Shown: one piece after another, positions 27,638-38,004 of the stretch
Layout of the letters: every line of letters starts with the position of its first letter
How positions within the stretch are numbered: the stretch's first letter is position 1
IMG/VR virus record: IMGVR_UViG_3300042870_001240
Direction: 5' to 3' (one strand)
Length of the DNA: 64,000 bases
From: a virus
Lineage: Duplodnaviria > Caudoviricetes
Notes under the pieces: model-generated
What the model was told of the DNA's origin: nothing
The model's input: the letters and a program-made list of their open reading frames with translations, nothing else
The model's database searches: none
Translations under genes and position numbers: made by a program

Positions 27638-28270
27638 ATGAGTGTTACCATTTTAATTACCGAAGAACAAAAAAGAAAATTATTATCCGAATCATCTGGT
27701 GATGGTCTTGGGGACATTATTAAACAAAATTACAAATTTGCGGAAAAAATTATTAAAGATTCTTCACAACAAATTGGTATTAATCTAGAATTTTTAATTA
27801 CTTGGGGAGCAACTATTGGTGGTTTTGTTGGCCCGTTGGAAGATTTTCTTGCAAATAGACATCCTGAACTTTCAGACCTTGAGATTAGTTTAATCTTGAT
27901 GGGCGTTATTGCGACCTACTATATTGATAATAAAATATTTGTAACTAAAATACACAATAAAATAAAAGAAGAAGGGTTAATAAAACCGTTTAAAACAGTT
28001 CTAACAAAAAGTGAAGAACTAAAAGAAGTTTTTTTAGATTTTATTAGTAGTTTAGGGATTACTCTTCATAAGGTGACTAACATCATGAGTTACACTTTTA
28101 TTATTCCACTAATCCCAATGATTTATAATTTATCCAAAGGGTCTCCTGATTCGGTTGAGCCATCACATATTGCACAACGATTATTTGGTTTTGGACTTCT
28201 AACTATTTCAGGAATAATTTTAAAAGAATTAATCAATAAGTTGATTAAACGGTTCCGAAGTAAAAGTTAA
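27638..28270 (+). CDS. Hypothetical membrane-associated protein with ILITEEQ N-terminal motif
   Basis: MSVTILITEEQKRKLLSES; hydrophobic segments. Confidence 0.65.
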   Translation: MSVTILITEEQKRKLLSESSGDGLGDIIKQNYKFAEKIIKDSSQQIGINLEFLITWGATIGGFVGPLEDFLANRHPELSDLEISLILMGVIATYYIDNKIFVTKIHNKIKEEGLIKPFKTVLTKSEELKEVFLDFISSLGITLHKVTNIMSYTFIIPLIPMIYNLSKGSPDSVEPSHIAQRLFGFGLLTISGIILKELINKLIKRFRSKS

Positions 28271-29241
28271 GGTTTTTTATACTTCAACAATTTATTAATA
28301 ACGATTTTTTGTTCCTTATCATTTAACTGGTGAATTTCTCCATGAGTTTTAAACCAATTTCTAACAACCGTTTCAAACGGCACTTTTCGTAGTCTTGAAA
28401 GTCGTTTAAAACCTGCGACTTGGGCAGGAATCTCATGAGCCTGTAAGTAATATTTTAATGGGACAGTTTCTTCTTCATCATCATCATCAAATTCTCCACG
28501 ATATTCTTGTAATGAATGTTCCAACTCATGAGCCAACACCTCATTCAATTCACCAATTATCTCATATAATGACGTTTTTAAATCTGATGGATTATACACA
28601 ATACTAATTTCAATAGTGTCGTCCTCTGGCGAATATTCAGCATTTAATTTATATCCATCAAAACTATCGTCATGACTAACATATAGGTCAACAGAAAATT
28701 CAACAGGGAACCTATCGAATTCATACCCACCACCATAATCATTGTCGGGTAAGGTGTAATCACCTTCCTCTTCGGTTTTTAAAATCTTTACAATGTCTTT
28801 AACAACATTTCTAATCGCATATCTTGTCATTTTTTGTTCTTGTATATTTTCTTTTTCAGGTAATTCTATATTAATTTTACCAATATGAATTTTAATATTA
28901 GGGTCAAAGTTAATCAAAATATTTCTAATATCTCCAAGTATTTGTTGTTTAAAGAAAAATAAATTATTGTCAAAAAAACTCTTCCAAAACTCTTGTTCTT
29001 TCGTATCATTAGAACTAAATATTAGTTGACTTAACTTATCTCTAAAATTAAATATTGTTAAGGAGATGTTGATATAATCATAATACTGTCCAACACTAAT
29101 CCTTTTTGTATACCCAATGATTTCAAATTTATAATCTAAATCCACAATTGTTATGGTGTTAAAAATCATAAGTCCTTGGTAGTTAAAGGTCTTATTCTCT
29201 AAAAACTTATTAAGTCTATTAATCTCTTGGTTGGTTAACAT
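28267..29241 (-). CDS. HExxH zincin-like protein
   Basis: VLAHELEH...AHEIPAQ. Confidence 0.6.
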   Translation of the reverse strand: MLTNQEINRLNKFLENKTFNYQGLMIFNTITIVDLDYKFEIIGYTKRISVGQYYDYINISLTIFNFRDKLSQLIFSSNDTKEQEFWKSFFDNNLFFFKQQILGDIRNILINFDPNIKIHIGKINIELPEKENIQEQKMTRYAIRNVVKDIVKILKTEEEGDYTLPDNDYGGGYEFDRFPVEFSVDLYVSHDDSFDGYKLNAEYSPEDDTIEISIVYNPSDLKTSLYEIIGELNEVLAHELEHSLQEYRGEFDDDDEEETVPLKYYLQAHEIPAQVAGFKRLSRLRKVPFETVVRNWFKTHGEIHQLNDKEQKIVINKLLKYKKP

Positions 29242-29294
29242 TATTATAAATATATTTAGTTGTCTTTAATGTTCGTTTTTACTATACTTTAATT

Positions 29295-29714
29295 ATGGAA
29301 TTATTAAACACTCACCCAATCAAAAAATCCGACTTAGGGTTTCATGGTAACCTATTTGGGGGTAAGTTATTAGCTTGGATTGATGCTGCTGCGGCAGGAT
29401 ACTCAATGCAACTATGTGATTCGCCAAGAATGGTTACCGTCTCAATTGATAAATGTAACTTTGAGAAACCCGCAAGGGAAAGTCAATTATTAAAAATTTA
29501 TGGGTTCCCAACGGAAGTTGGTAATACATCAGTTACCCTTTATATGGAGGCACGAGCTCACAATGTGTATACAGGTAAACAAATATTAGTTCTAAAAACA
29601 CATATTAAATTTGTCCATATTGATGAAGAAGGTAACCCAATTCCAATCGGAGAAAAAGGTAAAAATAGAATTAATCAATTAATTGAATTAAATACAATAA
29701 AAAATGATGAATAA
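29295..29714 (+). CDS. Acyl-CoA thioesterase (HotDog, YciA-like)
   Basis: HGNLFGGKLLAWIDAAA, MVTVSIDKCNF, VGNTS, FVHID. Confidence 0.88.
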   Translation: MELLNTHPIKKSDLGFHGNLFGGKLLAWIDAAAAGYSMQLCDSPRMVTVSIDKCNFEKPARESQLLKIYGFPTEVGNTSVTLYMEARAHNVYTGKQILVLKTHIKFVHIDEEGNPIPIGEKGKNRINQLIELNTIKNDE

Positions 29715-30729
29715 AAAATTTGACTTCAAAGACATTACGTTAGTTCCTGAAACTATCTCCTCAATCAATAGTCGTTCACAAATTGACATTTTTACCGAGG
29801 ACAATAAATTACCAATTTTTGTATCCCCGATGGACACTGTAGTTGATGATGAAAATTACAATTTATTCTTAGATAAAAAATTGGAGGTCTGTTTACCTAG
29901 ATTTCAACACGGTAATAATACATTTTCGTCAATTTCATTAGATGAATTTGAATATGTGCTTGAATGGTATGGTAACGATGAATCAGACGAGGAGATTAAT
30001 ATTCTCGTAGATATCGCAAATGGTCATATGGTAAAATTATATGACCTATGTAAAAAGTTTTGTGAAATTAGAACAAATCCAAAACATAGACTAATTGTTG
30101 GTAATATCGCAAACCCAAAAACCTATGAAAAGTTTGCAAAACTTGGTGTTGATTTTATTCGTGTGGGTATTGGTGGTGGTAGTGGTTGTTTAACATCAGC
30201 AAATACAGGTGTTCATTACCCAATGGCGTCATTAATTAACGAGTGTTATCAAATCAAAAAAAACGGTGGATATACGACTAAGATTATTGCTGATGGTGGG
30301 TTCAGAAATTATGACGATATTATTAAAGCGTTAGCTCTTGGTGCGGATTATGTTATGTTAGGTGGAGTATTAAACAAAACATTAGAGTCTTGTTCTCCAA
30401 CTAAATTATTCAAATTGATTACATTGTCTGATGAGCGTTCTTCATATCTTTGGAAAACCTTCCCAAAAACTAGGAAGTATTTTTATAAAGAATTTAGAGG
30501 AATGAGCACTAAGGAAGTCCAAAGAAAATGGGGTAAAAAGAACCTAACAACGTCTGAAGGAATTGTTAAATATAATCAGGTGGAATATACTTTAGGGTCT
30601 TGGATTGACAACTTTAAGGATTATTTAAAGTCAGCAATGTCCTACACAAATTCATCTACTCTTGAGGAGTTTAAAGACTCTGAATTTATTTTCATAACTG
30701 AGAACGCATTAAAAAGATTTAATAAATAA
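29704..30729 (+). CDS. guaC: GMP reductase / IMPDH-family protein
   Basis: VDIANGH, RVGIGGGSGCLT, IIADGG, ALALGADYVMLG, FRGMST. Confidence 0.8.
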   Translation: MMNKKFDFKDITLVPETISSINSRSQIDIFTEDNKLPIFVSPMDTVVDDENYNLFLDKKLEVCLPRFQHGNNTFSSISLDEFEYVLEWYGNDESDEEINILVDIANGHMVKLYDLCKKFCEIRTNPKHRLIVGNIANPKTYEKFAKLGVDFIRVGIGGGSGCLTSANTGVHYPMASLINECYQIKKNGGYTTKIIADGGFRNYDDIIKALALGADYVMLGGVLNKTLESCSPTKLFKLITLSDERSSYLWKTFPKTRKYFYKEFRGMSTKEVQRKWGKKNLTTSEGIVKYNQVEYTLGSWIDNFKDYLKSAMSYTNSSTLEEFKDSEFIFITENALKRFNK

Positions 30730-30879
30730 CTAACATATTTAATCTTGTGAAAAATTATTCTAAAATATTATATGACATATATGTCAGAGTCTATTTAACT
30801 ACAATTAAAGTTACCGAAATACTTAAAATTTTCCTATAATTCACTATCTATTACCATTATAATCCCTTATCTTTGTTGT

Positions 30880-31299
30880 ATGAAAAAAATACTGTATATT
30901 GTTAGAGGGATTCCGGGTTCAGGAAAATCAACTTTTGCCGAAAAATTAGTTGGTGAAGACTTTTTAGTTTGTGAGGCGGACAAATATTTTATTGATAAAG
31001 AAACGGGTGAATATAAATTTGACGTTTCTAAAATCAAAAATGCTCATAAATTCTGTCAAGATAGGGTGGAAACCTATATGAAAGATTCATTATTGAATGA
31101 CCAATTTTATCGAGAAATCGCGGTATCTAATACGTTCACACAAGAGTGGGAAATGGAAATCTATTTCAAATTAGCGAAACAATATGATTATACTGTTTTT
31201 ACGGTGATTGTCGAAAATCGTCATGGTGGGGTAAATCAACACGGAGTTCCTGAAGATAAGATTCAATTAATGAAAGATAGGTTTGAAATAAAATTATAA
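30880..31299 (+). CDS. P-loop kinase, polynucleotide-kinase-like (AAA_33)
   Basis: VRGIPGSGKST, EADKYF, VSNTF, HGVP. Confidence 0.8.
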   Translation: MKKILYIVRGIPGSGKSTFAEKLVGEDFLVCEADKYFIDKETGEYKFDVSKIKNAHKFCQDRVETYMKDSLLNDQFYREIAVSNTFTQEWEMEIYFKLAKQYDYTVFTVIVENRHGGVNQHGVPEDKIQLMKDRFEIKL

Positions 31300-31303
31300 A
31301 GAC

Positions 31304-31510
31304 ATGGAAAAATCATCAAAAATATTATGGTTGATACTATTAGTGTCAAGAATCTATATTACATATAAATTAATTACTTTATTGTATTTAACCCAATTAA
31401 ATCCTGTTGAATATCCGATGGATAAATTAACTTGGTGGGGTTATTTATTGTTATTTGATATTTGGTTACAACTCGTGTTACCACCAATGGAAAAGAATAA
31501 AGAAGATTAA
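31304..31510 (+). CDS. Small membrane protein
   Basis: Two hydrophobic segments. Confidence 0.6.
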   Translation: MEKSSKILWLILLVSRIYITYKLITLLYLTQLNPVEYPMDKLTWWGYLLLFDIWLQLVLPPMEKNKED

Positions 31511-31528
31511 TTTTTTTTATAACCCCAT

Positions 31529-31565
31529 CGAAAAACCCACAAATCTTTACTTTATGGGATGTAAG
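31529..31565 (+). mobile_element. Solo IS200/IS605 left-end-like hairpin
   Basis: CGAAAAACCCACAAATCTTTACTTTATGGGATGTAA, near-identical to the copy at ~55501-55536. Confidence 0.5.
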
Positions 31566-31622
31566 ATAAATTCAGATGAATAATTCAGAATAAATGAATA
31601 TTTATAAATAAAGAAATTTCAA

Positions 31623-32132
31623 ATGAAAAAAATTACTATAGACGAGCAAAAACTTCGTAAAATAATTAGACAACATATTTTAGAAGAACAACGCATCGAA
31701 CCTAAAAAAGACGGTGAACAAAAACAAAGATGTGTTCCTGAGAATGTTATCCCATTAGACCATATTGTTGGTCCTTCTAAGAACTTTAAAAACTACACTT
31801 CAAGTCTCTATAAAAGAGACGGTGGAATTAACGGTATGGTCGATACTTTAGATATGTTAAAAACATTAAGACTTCATGACGTTAATGATGGTGGAGAACA
31901 TTTATCATATAACCTAATGAACCATATCAACGGTTTTAGAAATAAGAATTATCATGATGAGACAAACAACGAATGTATTAAAGCAATGGATAAGGTAATT
32001 GAATTATACAAAGAAAATGAGCACGGAGAAGAATTGGTTAAGGATATTGAAAAAGTATTAAAACATTCAGACCCAACACCAAGAGCTAAAGAATATTTAA
32101 AGAGATGTTTAACATTAGTAAAAGAAAAATAA
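31623..32132 (+). CDS. Hypothetical protein with targeting-like N-terminus
   Basis: MKKITIDEQKLRKIIRQHILEEQ; TATTTAT upstream. Confidence 0.7.
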   Translation: MKKITIDEQKLRKIIRQHILEEQRIEPKKDGEQKQRCVPENVIPLDHIVGPSKNFKNYTSSLYKRDGGINGMVDTLDMLKTLRLHDVNDGGEHLSYNLMNHINGFRNKNYHDETNNECIKAMDKVIELYKENEHGEELVKDIEKVLKHSDPTPRAKEYLKRCLTLVKEK

Positions 32133-32271
32133 TCCTCGAAAGAGGGCTTTTTGGACCGTTATCGTTATGATAACAAAATTAAGGGGGAAGTTCGCTACTA
32201 CCCCTTTTTTTATGCGGACACTAATAATAGGAATAAATTGATAAATGTATATATTTATTAATAAAAAAGTT

Positions 32272-32550
32272 ATGAAAAAATTCTTTAATCAATTGTTTTG
32301 TGATAACAATTCAATCAACGAAAAATCTGTAGTTGGGGTTATGGCATTTATTATGATGTCTCTATTCGCTTGTGCGGATATCGTTACAGGTTTTTTAGGT
32401 AAACCATTAGTTATTAACGAGTTTATCTTTAACTCATTCCTTATCTTAGTGTTAGGTTCATTTGCTATCGGTTCTGTTGACAAATTTGTCCACAAGAAAC
32501 ATGGTAGTGATGATTCTGAAACACCAAGTAACGAAGAAGTTGTAAACTAA
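32272..32550 (+). CDS. Two-TM small membrane protein, holin-like
   Basis: Two TM helices and a charged C-terminus. Confidence 0.5.
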   Translation: MKKFFNQLFCDNNSINEKSVVGVMAFIMMSLFACADIVTGFLGKPLVINEFIFNSFLILVLGSFAIGSVDKFVHKKHGSDDSETPSNEEVVN

Positions 32551-32552
32551 TT

Positions 32553-32580
32553 TAAACCCCTCAAATGAGGGGTTTTTTTA
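32553..32580. terminator. Bidirectional intrinsic terminator
   Basis: AAACCCCTCAAATGAGGGGTTTTTT. Confidence 0.8.
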
Positions 32581-33153
32581 TTGTAAGAATTTAATAATCT
32601 TCTCTTTAATGCCATATTGTTTAATCCCCTCACTACTACTAGGTGTATGGACAAAATTCTCCAGTCCCCACTTTAAATTACCTGATATATCACCATACCT
32701 CGCCGACATATCTAAATCATCAATCGCAACCCAATGAGTAACTTCAGGATGTTCGTATAACCACACACCAATTTCGTGAGCTCTTGTTTCTTCCAAATCA
32801 GTATTCGGATGAAAATATTTTAAATCGGGGGATAAACTATTTGTTGTCAAACCTATTGGTTTTTTAATAATTCCTTGTGAAAGGTAATATTCACCAATTT
32901 CCTCTAATGTTGCGTGATGTCTCCAATCAGATGAAACAACAATCTCCGCACCTGTCTTTTCTAAAATGTCGTTTAAAACTTTAATCGCCTTTTTATTAAA
33001 ATTATCAAAACGGAATTCCACCGGCACGTTTTTGACAATCGGATTAGGATTCGAATAAGCTTTCGTTTTTTTAAATCGACTACCCCATTCTGAATACAAA
33101 CAGATGACACCATCGTTATCTAAAAATATTACTTTCATATTATTTAATTTCAA
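32578..33153 (-). CDS. HAD-superfamily phosphatase, RNA-repair type (HAD_SAK-like)
   Basis: IFLDNDGVI, IVVSSDWR, WVAIDD. Confidence 0.8.
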   Translation of the reverse strand: MKLNNMKVIFLDNDGVICLYSEWGSRFKKTKAYSNPNPIVKNVPVEFRFDNFNKKAIKVLNDILEKTGAEIVVSSDWRHHATLEEIGEYYLSQGIIKKPIGLTTNSLSPDLKYFHPNTDLEETRAHEIGVWLYEHPEVTHWVAIDDLDMSARYGDISGNLKWGLENFVHTPSSSEGIKQYGIKEKIIKFLQ

Positions 33154-33637
33154 ATGCGTTTAATATAACACGTTTTAGTTTTTTAGCATCTTCTTTATTA
33201 CCAATCACAACACCATCTTTAATAGTGAACGCGTGTCCTTTAACCAATATGAAAAATGTGCCGGCAGGGTTCTGTTTTGTAAACGTGCCAACGGTCATGC
33301 TTCTCATAACAAATCCTTCTTTTGTTTTAACCTTATATCTCAATGAGTAGTTATTAAGACCGTCTTTTTTTTCACCCAATCGTTTAACCTTTTTATAGTT
33401 TACTTGTATCTTATTTACTACAAGACCCATCATACTATTGACAGTATGAAATGTCCCTTGTCTATCGACACGATTAAACTTCTCTTTAACGAACTTATGT
33501 GCTTTGTCATATTGTAGGTCAAAGCAAGATGCGAATGCTCTAACAACACAATCATTAATTTCCCCTTTGGCAATTATAGAATCACTATAACCGATTATTC
33601 CTTCAGATGTCATACAATATGGTAACTCGTTCTTCAT
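33140..33637 (-). CDS. Phage hypothetical protein
   Basis: NDCVVRAFA...GHAFTIKDG; TATCTTTG promoter. Confidence 0.7.
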   Translation of the reverse strand: MKNELPYCMTSEGIIGYSDSIIAKGEINDCVVRAFASCFDLQYDKAHKFVKEKFNRVDRQGTFHTVNSMMGLVVNKIQVNYKKVKRLGEKKDGLNNYSLRYKVKTKEGFVMRSMTVGTFTKQNPAGTFFILVKGHAFTIKDGVVIGNKEDAKKLKRVILNAFEIK

Positions 33638-33669
33638 ACCTCAAAGATACAAAAAAAATCGATATAAAC

Positions 33670-33702
33670 AAAAAACCCCTAAAAATAATTCAGGGGTTTT
33701 TT
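33670..33702 (-). terminator. Terminator after dnaK
   Basis: AAAAAACCCCT...AGGGGTTTTTT. Confidence 0.75.
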
Positions 33703-33718
33703 GACAATGTGGATTAGG

Positions 33719-35590
33719 TTACTTATTATTCACCTCTTCAAATTCGACATCGGAACCATTAAATTCCACATCACCTGTTTGGTCATTAACCTGGTCATAC
33801 AGGTCCTGTGAAATCTTTTGGAATTTTAGATTCACCTCATCAACTAATGATTTGGATAATTCTACGTCCTTTTTACTGTGAGCCTCTTTTAATTTTTCAA
33901 GAGTTGACGTTATCTCAGACTTTTGTTCTTCGGATATTTTACCTTCCAAATCAGTTAACGATTTTTCAACGTTAAAAATTGTGCTGTCTGCGATATTAAT
34001 TGCGTCAGCATCTTCTTTTGCTTTTTTATCAGACTCAGCATTAATTTCGGCCTCCTTTTTCATTTTTTCAATCTCCTCTTTAGATAATCCTGAAGAAGAT
34101 TCAATTCTAATTGATTGTTGTTTGTTTGTTGCTTTATCCATTGCCGAAACATTTATAATACCGTTAGTATCAATATCAAAAGTAACTTCAACTTGAGGAA
34201 CACCTCTCATCGCAGGTGGTAAGCCATCTAAATGGAATCTACCAATAGTTCGGTTATCTCTAACCATACTCCTTTCTCCCTGCAAAACGTGAATTTCAAC
34301 TGACGGTTGATTATCAACTGCCGTTGAGAATACCTGTGACTTCTTAGTTGGAATCGTGGTATTTGATTCAATTAGTTTTGTGAATACTCCACCCATTGTT
34401 TCAATACCCAAAGATAATGGTGTTACGTCTAATAACAATACATCTTTTACGTCTCCCGCTAATACACCACCTTGGATTGCCGCACCAAGAGCGACCACCT
34501 CATCAGGGTTAACTCCTTTTGAAGGTTCTTTACCAAAGAACTTTTTAACCGCATCTTGTATTGCCGGGATTCTTGTTGTTCCACCAACAAGGATAACCTC
34601 ATCAATATCAGAAACCTTAAGTTTTGCATTTTTCAATGCCGTTTTACAAGGTTCAATGGTTCTTTTAATTAAGTCGGCAGAAAGTTGTTCAAACTTTGCT
34701 CTCGTTAATGTTTTTACCAAGTGTTTTGGTCCAGTTGCATCGGCACTTAAATAAGGTAAGTTGATTTCTGTCTGAGGAGATGATGATAATTCAACCTTTG
34801 CTTTTTCAGCACCTTCTCTTAACCTTTGTAATGCCATAGCGTCTTTTGAGATATCTAAACCACCATTATCGTTCTTGAATTCCTCAACCAAGAAATCAAT
34901 AATGACTCTGTCAAAGTCATCACCACCTAAATGAGTATCCCCATCGGTAGATAATACCTCAAACACCCCATTACCAAGGTCTAATATAGATACGTCATGT
35001 GTACCACCTCCACAGTCAAATACAACGATTTTCATGTCTTTTGACATCTTATCAAGACCATACGCCAACGCCGCGGCGGTAGGTTCATTGATTATACGTC
35101 TAACAATTAATCCAGCAATTTCACCAGCTTCTTTAGTCGCTTGACGTTGTGCGTCGTTAAAATACGCAGGTACGGTAATAACCGCCTCAGTAACTTCAGT
35201 CCCCAAATAATCTTCAGCGGTTTGTTTCATCTTTTGAAGAATCATTGCCGAAATTTCTTGTGGTGAATACAATCTATCTTCTATAGATACTCTTGGTGTG
35301 TTCCCGTCACCTTTAACTAATTTATACGGAACTCTACCAACCTCACCTTTACTTTCGTCAAATGTTAAACCCATAAATCGTTTGATTGAGTAAACCGTTT
35401 TTTCAGGGTTTGTTACCGACTGTCTTTTTGCAGGGTCTCCGATTTTTCTTTCACCACCATTAATGAATCCAACAATTGAAGGGGTGGTTCTTTTTCCTTC
35501 ACTGTTTGTAATAACGACAGGTTCTCGTCCTTCCATGACCGTTACGCACGAATTTGTAGTTCCTAAATCTACTCCTATTATTTTTCCCAT
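33719..35590 (-). CDS. dnaK: Hsp70 chaperone DnaK
   Basis: [40 protein letters not shown]. Confidence 0.97.
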   Translation of the reverse strand: MGKIIGVDLGTTNSCVTVMEGREPVVITNSEGKRTTPSIVGFINGGERKIGDPAKRQSVTNPEKTVYSIKRFMGLTFDESKGEVGRVPYKLVKGDGNTPRVSIEDRLYSPQEISAMILQKMKQTAEDYLGTEVTEAVITVPAYFNDAQRQATKEAGEIAGLIVRRIINEPTAAALAYGLDKMSKDMKIVVFDCGGGTHDVSILDLGNGVFEVLSTDGDTHLGGDDFDRVIIDFLVEEFKNDNGGLDISKDAMALQRLREGAEKAKVELSSSPQTEINLPYLSADATGPKHLVKTLTRAKFEQLSADLIKRTIEPCKTALKNAKLKVSDIDEVILVGGTTRIPAIQDAVKKFFGKEPSKGVNPDEVVALGAAIQGGVLAGDVKDVLLLDVTPLSLGIETMGGVFTKLIESNTTIPTKKSQVFSTAVDNQPSVEIHVLQGERSMVRDNRTIGRFHLDGLPPAMRGVPQVEVTFDIDTNGIINVSAMDKATNKQQSIRIESSSGLSKEEIEKMKKEAEINAESDKKAKEDADAINIADSTIFNVEKSLTDLEGKISEEQKSEITSTLEKLKEAHSKKDVELSKSLVDEVNLKFQKISQDLYDQVNDQTGDVEFNGSDVEFEEVNNK

Positions 35591-35678
35591 GTGTTTTGAT
35601 TTTTTATAATTATAATTTAATTTTATTATGGAATCAAGTCCATACTATTACATTAAATTACGTGCCAAATTAATTAAC

Positions 35679-35741
35679 CTGACACAATGACCTACTTTAC
35701 TGACAAAATGTCATAATTAATTGAATTAGACTGACAAAATA
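35679..35741. promoter_or_regulatory. Array of CTGACA boxes upstream of dnaK
   Basis: CTGACA at 35679, 35700 and 35731; perfect inverted repeat TGACA-AAA-TGTCA at 35701-35713. Confidence 0.5.
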
Positions 35742-35743
35742 GG

Positions 35744-36781
35744 TTAATCAGGGGATAACGAATATAGTTTGATGAATCTTCTTTTCAGTTGTTTACCAGC
35801 ATTGTTGATTCTTGCTTGAAATCCTTTCATTAAACCCAAAATATGACTAGATTTTTCAATCCTCTTATTTGGTTGTAATTTCTGATATTTTAACTGTTTG
35901 TAGTAATCGGTTATAAACCAAATATAAAGATTTTTCATTATAGACACAATACTGTCGGGTTTTTGGTTTTCAATTTTTTCAATTAAGGTATCGAACATAA
36001 CATCAGCGTTAAATTTTTCCATAACTTCCGCTGCCATATAATATCGGTGTTTTTTAAATTCTTCAAAGGGCATTCTCAATCTAACCCCATACATTTCTTG
36101 CACCATTGCTCTCATTTCATAAGGTTCGGAAAAATATACCATTTGAAGAAATTCACTCCAAACTTCGAATATATCTCTTGGGATATTGTAGTTTTTACCA
36201 CCTGAATGACTTAACGCACTATTAATATTCCCTAACCCACTTAAAGACCTTTTATAAAATTCTAACATATGATTACACTCATGTGAAATACTATCGATTA
36301 AATCAGACATTAAATCATCAATATACTCTTCCGTAAAATCTTTTCTAATATAAACATCCAAATCAAATTTAGCATTTAATGTGTCGTCAAGTTCTGATAA
36401 TATGTGTTTTGGTAAATCTTTACTTGGTCTCTTTATAAAAGAATATTTCCCAACTTTAGACTCTATCTGTTCCGCACCTCCACCAGTACTAAATTTATAG
36501 GGCATCTGACTATTACTTTTGACATAGAGATTTAAGTCAATTCTAATCTCCTCAATTGGAAATTCAAGGTAACTCTCGAGGTCTTGTTTCCACACTCTCG
36601 ATAAATCTTTAAGTCCAATCACCAACTTTTGTTTACCAGGTTGCTTATGTTTTGTAAAGTCAATTACAATAGGTCTTGTTTTTTCATAAATTAAGTTAGC
36701 ATAATCCACGGAAGCTCTGGAAACCCCCATGTCTTCATTAATAAGTTTGGTATATTGGGATTCGTTTACAATAATTTTCAT
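35744..36781 (-). CDS. HExxH zincin-like protein with targeting-like N-terminus
   Basis: MKIIVNESQ; ISHECNH...PYEMRA. Confidence 0.6.
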   Translation of the reverse strand: MKIIVNESQYTKLINEDMGVSRASVDYANLIYEKTRPIVIDFTKHKQPGKQKLVIGLKDLSRVWKQDLESYLEFPIEEIRIDLNLYVKSNSQMPYKFSTGGGAEQIESKVGKYSFIKRPSKDLPKHILSELDDTLNAKFDLDVYIRKDFTEEYIDDLMSDLIDSISHECNHMLEFYKRSLSGLGNINSALSHSGGKNYNIPRDIFEVWSEFLQMVYFSEPYEMRAMVQEMYGVRLRMPFEEFKKHRYYMAAEVMEKFNADVMFDTLIEKIENQKPDSIVSIMKNLYIWFITDYYKQLKYQKLQPNKRIEKSSHILGLMKGFQARINNAGKQLKRRFIKLYSLSPD

Positions 36782-36851
36782 ATTAATAAATATACTAAAA
36801 AATTATTACAAGTGTTTATTTTTAAAACTTTATCACTATTTATTTAAAAGT

Positions 36852-36910
36852 ATGAAAACAAATAAAAATAATAAATCATAACGGAATCCTCCTTCGGGAG
36901 AATTTTTTTT
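36852..36910 (+). promoter_or_regulatory. Candidate Asn-responsive attenuator: leader peptide MKTNKNNKS* plus terminator
   Basis: uORF 36852-36881 with three AAT codons, then a CTCC-TTCG-GGAG hairpin and T8, about 40 nt before the asnA-like start. Confidence 0.65.
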
Positions 36911-36949
36911 GCCCATACGTAAACAATAAAAATAAATAAAAAAAAACAG

Positions 36950-37774
36950 ATGAAAAACACAAAAATTTACAACGAACTAGTTCAGAAATTAAGAACATTC
37001 TTTTTGGATAAAGAATTTATTGAGGTTCCAACTCAATCAAGATTATCAATTTTGGCCGCGTGTGAGAATCCACATTCTGTTAAAACATTTGAGTATGGTG
37101 GCGAAATTTGGCCCCTCCCTCAAACAGGTCAAATGTGGTTAGAACATGAGTTACTTAAAAACCCTGAATGGCCAGGAGTGTTTTGTATATCAACTTCTTA
37201 CCGAGAAGAGAAAAATCCAATTCCGGGTCGACACGAAACGATTTTTCCGATGTTCGAATTTGAATCTAAAGGAACAATGATTGATTTAAAAAATTTAGAA
37301 ACAGAGTTGTTAAATTACTTAGGATTTGACGAACCTAAGTCGGTTACTTACGAAGGTATGTGTTCAAGATATGGCACACAAATTTTAGAAGACGAACACG
37401 AGAGTAAAATGTGGAAAGAAATTGGTGAAGTAGTTTCATTAGAACATTTCCCATTAAGAACTAACCCATTTTGGAATATGAAACACGGGACTGATTCAAT
37501 TTTTAATAAGATTGACGTTATATTATTTGGTCAAGAAACCATTGGTAGCGCAGAGAGAAGTTGTGATGTTGATAAAATGAGGGAGATGTTTTATACGATT
37601 GAAAATGGTGGGTATTCTGCAAAGTTGTTTGAATTATTTGGTAAAGAAAGGGTTGAAAAAGAACTTGAGGAATTTCTTTCTTACGACTTTTTTCCTAGAT
37701 TTGGAGCCGGAATTGGTCTTACAAGATTATCAAGAGCATGGGAGTTAAATTCCGTCAATTTGGAAATTATTTAA
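36950..37774 (+). CDS. asnA: Asparagine synthetase A-like protein (class II aaRS catalytic domain only, AsnRS paralog)
   Basis: Motif 2 SYREE...GRH...FPMFEFE, ETIGSAER, motif 3 GAGIGLTR; no anticodon-binding domain. Confidence 0.75.
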   Translation: MKNTKIYNELVQKLRTFFLDKEFIEVPTQSRLSILAACENPHSVKTFEYGGEIWPLPQTGQMWLEHELLKNPEWPGVFCISTSYREEKNPIPGRHETIFPMFEFESKGTMIDLKNLETELLNYLGFDEPKSVTYEGMCSRYGTQILEDEHESKMWKEIGEVVSLEHFPLRTNPFWNMKHGTDSIFNKIDVILFGQETIGSAERSCDVDKMREMFYTIENGGYSAKLFELFGKERVEKELEEFLSYDFFPRFGAGIGLTRLSRAWELNSVNLEII

Positions 37775-37796
37775 ATTATTTATATCTTTATACTTT

Positions 37797-37979
37797 ATGG
37801 CAAAAAAAACAAATATAAAAGAAGTCGAACACAGGAAGTGGGAACGAGTTTATGAGGACGAAGATAGTATTTCCATATGGAGGTACGATAGTAAAAAAAG
37901 TTTGATAAATCCTTATGAGGTTGAAATCAAATATAAAAACGAAAAAAGGTCCTCGAGTAAACGAAAAAGCGAGGATTAA
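37797..37979 (+). CDS. Small hypothetical protein
   Basis: ORF of 60 aa. Confidence 0.55.
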   Translation: MAKKTNIKEVEHRKWERVYEDEDSISIWRYDSKKSLINPYEVEIKYKNEKRSSSKRKSED

Positions 37980-38004
37980 TAAATCTCTCTTTATATTTAT
38001 TGTT

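Noticed and set aside
32133-32215. Three-hairpin 3' region (and the similar one at 20190-20285) as separate small RNAs
   Set aside because: Adequately explained as 3' UTR stabilising hairpins plus terminators; nothing further supports an independent RNA.
36950-37774. Functional aminoacyl-tRNA synthetase or EpmA
   Set aside because: No anticodon-binding domain; the motifs and the Asn-rich leader fit an AsnRS-derived asparagine synthetase better, though this is not proven.
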